From an uncultured delta proteobacterium (GTDB taxonomy: Bacteria > Myxococcota_A > Polyangia > Polyangiales > Houyiibacteriaceae): DNA of 64,000 nt. The notes under the pieces are model-generated. The model was not told the origin of the DNA, searched no databases, and saw nothing but the letters and a program-made list of their open reading frames with translations. A program made the translations under genes and the position numbers. Each line of letters begins with the position of its first letter. Position 1 is the stretch's first letter. Below, one piece after another: positions 58,112 to 64,000 of the stretch. Where the stretch lies: positions 160,001-224,000 of the forward strand of contig CAVOVB010000001.1 of the NCBI GenBank assembly GCA_963699755.1, in the 5' to 3' direction.

Positions 58112-59779
58112 ATGGCCGAATCGAAGCTCGTACTAGACGATGTCTACCACTGGGAACAATCTACGCCTGACCGGCTTTGGATGACCCAACCGATCGGCAA
58201 CGGCGAAGTCGAAACCTACACCTGGGCCGAAGCGATGGATCAGGTGCGACGAATGGCGGCCCACCTGAAGTCGCTGAATCTCCCGCCCGGGAGTCACATC
58301 GGCCTCATCTCGAAGAACTGCGCGCACTTCATCTTCGCCGATCTCGCGATTTGGATGGCAGGGCACGTGAGCGTCGCGCTCTATCCGACGCTAAATGCGG
58401 AGACCATCGAATACATCCTCGACCACAGCGAGTCGAAGCTCCTGTTCGTCGGTAAGCTCGACGGCTGGGAGGAAATCAAGCAGGGCATCCCCGCCGAGAT
58501 GCCTTGCATCTCTTTGCCACTCGCGCCGCCGACCGACTACGAGTCCTGGAATTCGATCACCGAGCGAACCGAGCCCCTTCAAGGGAATCCGTCTCGAGGA
58601 GCCGACGAGCTCGCGATCATCGTGTACACCTCGGGGAGCACCGGGCGGCCGAAGGGCGTGATGCACAGCTTCGGCGCGATCGCCGCTTCGGTGGATGGGG
58701 CCGAGCAGATCTTCCACGCGAACAGCAAGGACCGCATGCTGTCCTATCTTCCACTGGCCCATGTGTTCGAGCGCTTCTTCGTGGAAGCACAAGGCTTTCG
58801 CACGGGGCTGCAGCTCTTTTTCGCGGAGTCACTCGATACCTTCGTTGCCGACTTGAATCGCGCACAGCCGACGGTTTTCATCTCGGTGCCTCGACTGTGG
58901 TTGAAGTTCCAACTCGGGGTGTTCCACAAAGTGCCGCCCGAGAAGCTTGCACGCACGCTTCGCATCCCGCTCCTCAATCGACTGGTCAAAAAGAAGATCC
59001 TCACCGGCCTGGGCCTTCAGCACGTTCGGCTCGCGGCCAGCGGCTCGGCACCGATCCCGCCGGATCTGATTCAGTGGTATCGAGATCTGGGTCTCGAGCT
59101 TCTCGAAGGCTATGGCATGAGCGAGGACTTCGCCTACTCACACGCAAGCTACCCGGGTCACGGGCGCGTCGGCTACGTGGGCAGCCCGATGCCCGGCGTC
59201 GACGTGAAGATCAGCGACGAAGGGGAGATCCTCATCAAGTCCCCGGGCAACATGATGGGCTACTACAAGGAGCCGGCGATGACAGCCGAGTGCTACACCG
59301 AAGACGGATACTTCAAGACCGGTGACCGGGGTGAGCGCGACGAGGAAGGAAGGCTCAAAATAACCGGCCGCGTGAAAGAGCTCTTCAAGACGAGCAAGGG
59401 CAAGTACGTCGCTCCGGTGCCCATCGAGAATCTCATCAATAACAATGCTCACGTCGAGATGTGCTGCGTGAGCGGCTCCGGGCATCCCCAGCCCTTCGCT
59501 CTGGTGCTCCTCGCGGAAGAGCTCCGTCCGAAGCTGAGCGACCCCGATGTGCGCGCGCAGATCGAATCAGAGCTCGAAGAGCAACTGAGGCAGGTCAACG
59601 AGGAGGTCGAAGCCTTCGAACGCCTTCAGTTCTTGACGGTGGTAAAAGACCCCTGGCTAATTGAAAACGGCTTTCTGACCCCAACCATGAAAATGAAGCG
59701 GAGCATGCTCGAAGAGACCTACGGGCCAAAGATGGACCAGTGGTATGCCGCGCGCCGGAAGGTGGTCTGGGAGGCCTAG
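58112..59779 (+). CDS. Long-chain acyl-CoA synthetase (AMP-binding)
   Basis: YTSGSTGRPKG, YLPLAH, SVPRLW, EGYGMSE, GRVKELFKTSKGKYVAP, LTPTMK. Confidence 0.92.
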   Translation: MAESKLVLDDVYHWEQSTPDRLWMTQPIGNGEVETYTWAEAMDQVRRMAAHLKSLNLPPGSHIGLISKNCAHFIFADLAIWMAGHVSVALYPTLNAETIEYILDHSESKLLFVGKLDGWEEIKQGIPAEMPCISLPLAPPTDYESWNSITERTEPLQGNPSRGADELAIIVYTSGSTGRPKGVMHSFGAIAASVDGAEQIFHANSKDRMLSYLPLAHVFERFFVEAQGFRTGLQLFFAESLDTFVADLNRAQPTVFISVPRLWLKFQLGVFHKVPPEKLARTLRIPLLNRLVKKKILTGLGLQHVRLAASGSAPIPPDLIQWYRDLGLELLEGYGMSEDFAYSHASYPGHGRVGYVGSPMPGVDVKISDEGEILIKSPGNMMGYYKEPAMTAECYTEDGYFKTGDRGERDEEGRLKITGRVKELFKTSKGKYVAPVPIENLINNNAHVEMCCVSGSGHPQPFALVLLAEELRPKLSDPDVRAQIESELEEQLRQVNEEVEAFERLQFLTVVKDPWLIENGFLTPTMKMKRSMLEETYGPKMDQWYAARRKVVWEA

Positions 59780-59805
59780 CAGTCGTGCGCTAGATTCCGC
59801 CTTCG

Positions 59806-61137
59806 ATGCAAGAGCAGCCTCTCTACGATGTGGTGATCGCCGGGGCCGGCCCAGCGGGAGCGACGGCGGCGTACTTTCTGGCGAGGGGAGGAAAGCGGGT
59901 AGCGCTCCTAGAGAGAGCGACCTTTCCGAGGGACAAGCGTTGCGGAGACGCCTGGTGCGAGCCCGCGCTCGAGATCCTGGAGGAGATGGGCGTCCTCGCC
60001 GAGCTCGACTCCGAGGGTGCGGTGCAATGGGTTCGCTCCGGTGGTCTGGTCTCGCCCTCGGGATTGAGCTTCACCAGCCCCGATGAAGGCGTGCGAGAGA
60101 GCGCGCCCCGCGTTGCGGCGATACGAAGGTTGCTCTGCGACGAGCGCATCGCGCACGCAGCCGCGCGAGTGGGCGCCATGCTCATCGAAGGCGCGGCGGT
60201 GAGCGATGTGAGCCTCGACGATGATTGCTGGGAGATTCGATGCAAGGACGGCCGCCGGTTTTGGGGTCGGTGCCTGATCGCCGCGGACGGAGCCAAGAGC
60301 AAGATCGCCCGCGCGCTCGGCGTCGTGACGACAGGCGCGAACAGCGTCGCAAGCCGGCAGTACATCAGGGGCGGCACGCACAACTTCGTCAGTGACGGCG
60401 TTCTGCTCTATCCGACCTATGCGCTTCCGGGCTACGTCGCCCTTTTTCGCCACTCGAACGGAGACATCGACCTCGGTTGCTATTTGCTTCCGGGAGGTCG
60501 TGTCCCGCCGACGCAGCTCAAGTCCCTGCTCGAAACCAAAGTCGCGGGAGACCCATACGTGCGCGAAGCGCTGGGCGACCACGCGGAACCCCTGGAGCGA
60601 CCCGGCCTGTCACCACTTCGCCTCGGGGGTGAGCCCAAGACCCACGCAGAGCGATTCATCGCTTTGGGAGATGCGGCCGGCCAAACCGATCCGCTGACCG
60701 GCGAGGGAATTCACACGGCCATGATCGCGGCGAAGATCGCCGCCCGTGTCCTCCACGAAGCCTTTGATGAGGGGGACCTCTCGGCGCAGCGGCTCTCCGC
60801 CTATCATCGGGACTGGATGATGGAGTTCGGTCGCGACTTCCCGATCTCTGCTGCGGCTGGACGCGCGATCAATCGCTTCCCCATCCTTCTCGATACCGCC
60901 GTAATCGCAGCCCAGCGCCATGGCCCGAGCTTCATGGATCGGTTCGGCGCAGCGATGACCGGCGTGAAGCCCAAGTCGCTCTTCTTGTCGCCTCGCATGT
61001 CCATTCCGCTCGGGGCCGCACTGCTTGGGCTCCTGATTGCCCGTCCTCGAGCGAGCTACCACGACGGCCCGCGCGCCGAGCCCCCACACCCGCTCAGCTT
61101 TGCCACGAACGCGCTGCGATCGAACGGCGGCTCGTGA
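59806..61137 (+). CDS. Geranylgeranyl-reductase-family FAD oxidoreductase
   Basis: GAGPAG, FPRDKRCGD, AADG, GDAAG..DPLTGEGI. Confidence 0.88.
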   Translation: MQEQPLYDVVIAGAGPAGATAAYFLARGGKRVALLERATFPRDKRCGDAWCEPALEILEEMGVLAELDSEGAVQWVRSGGLVSPSGLSFTSPDEGVRESAPRVAAIRRLLCDERIAHAAARVGAMLIEGAAVSDVSLDDDCWEIRCKDGRRFWGRCLIAADGAKSKIARALGVVTTGANSVASRQYIRGGTHNFVSDGVLLYPTYALPGYVALFRHSNGDIDLGCYLLPGGRVPPTQLKSLLETKVAGDPYVREALGDHAEPLERPGLSPLRLGGEPKTHAERFIALGDAAGQTDPLTGEGIHTAMIAAKIAARVLHEAFDEGDLSAQRLSAYHRDWMMEFGRDFPISAAAGRAINRFPILLDTAVIAAQRHGPSFMDRFGAAMTGVKPKSLFLSPRMSIPLGAALLGLLIARPRASYHDGPRAEPPHPLSFATNALRSNGGS

Positions 61138-61318
61138 TGCGCCTCGCGGAAGGATCGACGCATCCCGAGTCCGCTGAGAAATATCGAAGGTCTACCCGAT
61201 GTCTGACGCTTGCGACCGAGGCCCGACACATCGCGTTCAGCATGAGCGCGCCGAAGAGATGGCGGGTGCCGTTGCCAGGCTTCTTTCGTCGGCGAGGTCG
61301 TGCTAGCTTCGCGCGGCG

Positions 61319-62452
61319 ATGAAGCTCTTTTTGCTGCGCCTGCTCGTCTGGCTCGTAGTTGTGACCGCGGCTTTGGCGATCCTGCTCCACCTTCGCTACG
61401 GAGGCGGCGAACCCTACCAAGACCTGAGTGGGCCGCCGATCATCGATGAGGGCGCGCTCGAAGTCGTGGTGACGAGTCAGGAGCCGATTGGGAATGTCGC
61501 GGTTTCCGCCGACGGGCGCCTGTTCTACACGATTCATCCCGAAAGCCGGCCGAGGGGGGCCAAGCTGCTCGAGTGGGTCGATGGCGTAGCGACGCCGTTT
61601 CCAAGCGACGACGCGCAATCGCTCTTCGAAACACCACTTGGCATCGCCATCGATCGACAGAACCGGCTTTGGACGATCGACCACGGCAACCACGGCACGG
61701 GGCAGCCGAAGCTCCTGGCTTTCGACCTCAGCACAGGCGGAATCGCGCACGAGCACCGTTTTGACTCCTCGGTCGCGCAGCTGGGCTCGTTTCTGCAGGA
61801 CTTGCAAGTCGACTCGACCGGAAAGCATGTCTTCATTGCCGACCTGAGCTTCTGGCGGAAGAACCCCGGTCTCATCGTGTACGACGTCGAGCTCGAAAAG
61901 GCGCGGCGAGTCCTGAACGGCGACCCGTCGGTGTCCGCACAGAGCTGGCTGATCCGCAATCCCATCAAGGACATGACTTTCTTCGCCGGCCTGGTCGTGT
62001 TCAAGCCGGGCGTCGATGGAATCGCGATCAGCCGTGACGACCAATGGATCTACTATGGGGCGATGGCGCACGACACGATGTATCGGATCAAAGTGTCAGA
62101 CTTGCTCATCCAATCGCTCAGCGAAGGCGCCCTTGCCGCGAGGGCCCAGGCGATTGGCCCCAAGCCCCTCAACGATGGCCTGAGCACGGACGGCGATGGG
62201 AACTTGTTGATCACCGACGTCGAGCACGGCGCGGTCATTCGAATGGCGCCCGAAGGCGAGCTCACGACGCTGGTCCGAAGCGATCAGATCCGCTGGGCAG
62301 ATGCTCTGAGCTACGGCCCCGATGGTTGGCTCTACCTCGCCGACAGCGCGATCCCTCATCAGGTGCTCCAATCGAAGGCGCACATCAAAGCCAACGCGCC
62401 CTACTACATCTACCGCTTCAAGCCGGGCATCGATGGCGTCCCGGGCCAGTGA
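61319..62452 (+). CDS. Major-royal-jelly/Yellow-like beta-propeller protein, membrane anchored
   Basis: N-terminal TM; GNVAVSADGRLF, LW.ID.G, P.LLAFDL, DGIAIS, DGL..D..GN, IRWAD. Confidence 0.8.
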   Translation: MKLFLLRLLVWLVVVTAALAILLHLRYGGGEPYQDLSGPPIIDEGALEVVVTSQEPIGNVAVSADGRLFYTIHPESRPRGAKLLEWVDGVATPFPSDDAQSLFETPLGIAIDRQNRLWTIDHGNHGTGQPKLLAFDLSTGGIAHEHRFDSSVAQLGSFLQDLQVDSTGKHVFIADLSFWRKNPGLIVYDVELEKARRVLNGDPSVSAQSWLIRNPIKDMTFFAGLVVFKPGVDGIAISRDDQWIYYGAMAHDTMYRIKVSDLLIQSLSEGALAARAQAIGPKPLNDGLSTDGDGNLLITDVEHGAVIRMAPEGELTTLVRSDQIRWADALSYGPDGWLYLADSAIPHQVLQSKAHIKANAPYYIYRFKPGIDGVPGQ

Positions 62453-62457
62453 CGAGC

Positions 62458-62973
62458 ATGGGGACACGACGCCGCATCAGACCCGACACCTCAAGTAAGC
62501 CCGGCTACATCACGCCGGAAGGCTACCGGCGTTTCGAAGAGGAAGCGGACCAGCTCTGGAACGTCGAACGCCCCAAAATGGCCAAGGCCGTGCAAGTCGC
62601 CGCCGCCGAGGGTGACCGCTCCGAGAACGCGGAGTACCAGTACAGTAAGCAACGACTCGCCGCGATGGATCGGCGACTTCGCTTCTTGGGGCAGCGGCTC
62701 GAGGTCCTCACCATCGTCGACGAGAAGCCGCCAGACGATGGCCGGGTCTACTTCGGAAGTTGGGTCACGATCGAAGACGAGCGGGGTGAGACGCAAACCT
62801 ATCGAATCGTGGGGCCGGACGAAATCGACGCCGAAAAGAAGTGGATCAGCATGGACTCGCCCGTCGGAAAGGCCCTGTTGTCCCGCGAGCTGGGCGACGA
62901 AATCACCCTCCGACGCCCCAAAGGCGACGTGACCTGTGAGATCGTCGTGGTGCGGAATACAGCGCCAGACTGA
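62458..62973 (+). CDS. greB: Transcription elongation factor GreB
   Basis: YITPEG, ERP, AAAEGDRSENAEY, YRIVGPDE, ISMDSPVGKAL. Confidence 0.94.
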   Translation: MGTRRRIRPDTSSKPGYITPEGYRRFEEEADQLWNVERPKMAKAVQVAAAEGDRSENAEYQYSKQRLAAMDRRLRFLGQRLEVLTIVDEKPPDDGRVYFGSWVTIEDERGETQTYRIVGPDEIDAEKKWISMDSPVGKALLSRELGDEITLRRPKGDVTCEIVVVRNTAPD

Positions 62974-63033
62974 AAAAGCGCACCCCATTCGCTCGCGAAG
63001 GAGCGCCGACGAAAGCCATGGCGACCTACTTCC

Positions 63034-63873
63034 GTGCCGTTGCAGTTTTCAGAGAGTAGACTGGACCGCATGGCAGACTACGAGCGCCTGGTCGAGATCC
63101 AGCAACACCTCTCCTTGGCCAAGCCCGACCACTACCTGACCTGGTACTACGAATACCTCCACCGATCCGCGGACAAGCCGATCAAGTTGCTGGAGCTCGG
63201 CATTGCCGAGGGATCTTCCCTGATGATGTGGAGCGAATTTCTTCCGAACGCAGAGATCACAGGAGTCGATCTGGACCCCGTAGAGCTGGACGATGCAGGC
63301 GGTCGCATTGCGACCTACGCTGGTGAGCAACAGGACACGGAGCTACTGGACCGGATTGGACGTGAGCGCGCTCCGGAAGGCTTCGACGTCATCATCGACG
63401 ACGCTTCGCACCTCGGTGAGTTTTCGAAGATTTCCTTCTTTCATCTTTTCGAGAACCACCTGAAGCCGGGAGGCCTCTACTTCTTCGAGGACTGGGGCAC
63501 CGCGTACTGGGACTGCTACCCCGATGGTCGGCATTCGCACCCACCGACACGATCGGTTCCCATCCGCGAGAAGTTGTTCGGCGCGATGTCGGCCAACCCG
63601 CTCATCCGTGGCAACAACTTCCTGCGCCGGGCGACCAACAAGCTTCGGATCACGACCCTACGCAGGTCGTTCCGGTCTCATCAGCGCGGAACCGTCGGCG
63701 TGCTCAAACAGATTATCGACGAGTGTGGAGTCCTAGACATCACCGACCCGGAGCGCGGGCGTGGGCCGAAGGCGGAGCAACTAATTTCCAGCGTCCACAT
63801 TCGACCCGGCCTTGCGCTGATCCACAAGGTCGACCCGAAGCAGGGGCTGTTTCAACTGCCGCCCGGAGCCTAG
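63034..63873 (+). CDS. Class I SAM-dependent methyltransferase-like protein
   Basis: LLELGI..GSSL..W, GVD, FDVIIDDASH, LKPGGLYFFED. Confidence 0.82.
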   Translation: MPLQFSESRLDRMADYERLVEIQQHLSLAKPDHYLTWYYEYLHRSADKPIKLLELGIAEGSSLMMWSEFLPNAEITGVDLDPVELDDAGGRIATYAGEQQDTELLDRIGRERAPEGFDVIIDDASHLGEFSKISFFHLFENHLKPGGLYFFEDWGTAYWDCYPDGRHSHPPTRSVPIREKLFGAMSANPLIRGNNFLRRATNKLRITTLRRSFRSHQRGTVGVLKQIIDECGVLDITDPERGRGPKAEQLISSVHIRPGLALIHKVDPKQGLFQLPPGA

Positions 63874-63880
63874 CTCTCAG

Positions 63881-64000
63881 TCACTCGCGCGACGGCCCAA
63901 GCAGGTTTCGCTCGAGGATGAGGTCGGCGGCACCCTCCCCCACGATGCGATTGCCAAGTGGCGTGAAGTGACCGTGGGATCGCTCCCAATAGAGCAGCTC
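63881..64000 (-). CDS. C-terminal fragment, possibly SGNH/GDSL hydrolase (runs off window)
   Basis: ELLYWERSHGHFTPLGNRIVGEG... resembles SGNH block V. Confidence 0.45.
   Translation of the reverse strand, partial: ELLYWERSHGHFTPLGNRIVGEGAADLILERNLLGPSRE

Noticed and set aside
62974..63033. Short hairpins after greB (GCTC-GCGAAG-GAGC; CGCC...GGCG)
   Set aside because: Single occurrence in the window and no poly-T; cannot distinguish a REP remnant from chance.

Overview
High-GC, densely coding bacterial chromosome segment with about 58 CDS. It is most likely from a Myxococcota bacterium, inferred from MYXO-CTERM-like protease tails, a TIGR04552-like gene, an AglRQS-like motor and an NBD-only Hsp70. 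I saw no rRNA, tRNA, CRISPR array, transposase or phage genes. Content is mostly lipid/acyl-CoA metabolism (fadIJ, acyl-CoA synthetases, SDRs), housekeeping (speA, prs, moaA, pyk, greB, mscS, bcp) and envelope/proteolysis genes. Main observations: (1) a KshA-like Rieske oxygenase and a KshB-like reductase are each preceded by the identical 15-mer GTGAAACACGTTCTA, which fits the actinobacterial KstR sterol-regulon box, and an ERG4-type sterol reductase lies about 7 kb away. (2) A full-length Lon has its catalytic Ser replaced by Ala (PKDGAAAG). It is divergent from a RelA/SpoT-synthetase-like gene and an unannotated 49-aa membrane ORF. (3) Two back-to-back TolQ-TolR-TolR motor operons. (4) A ~120-bp dispersed repeat (2 copies) with compensatory base-pair changes, GCGAAGC mini-hairpins and a G-quadruplex-like tail. 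(5) An oxygen-sensitive-type 2-hydroxyacyl-CoA dehydratase/activator operon. All family assignments come from motif recognition by eye, not database searches.
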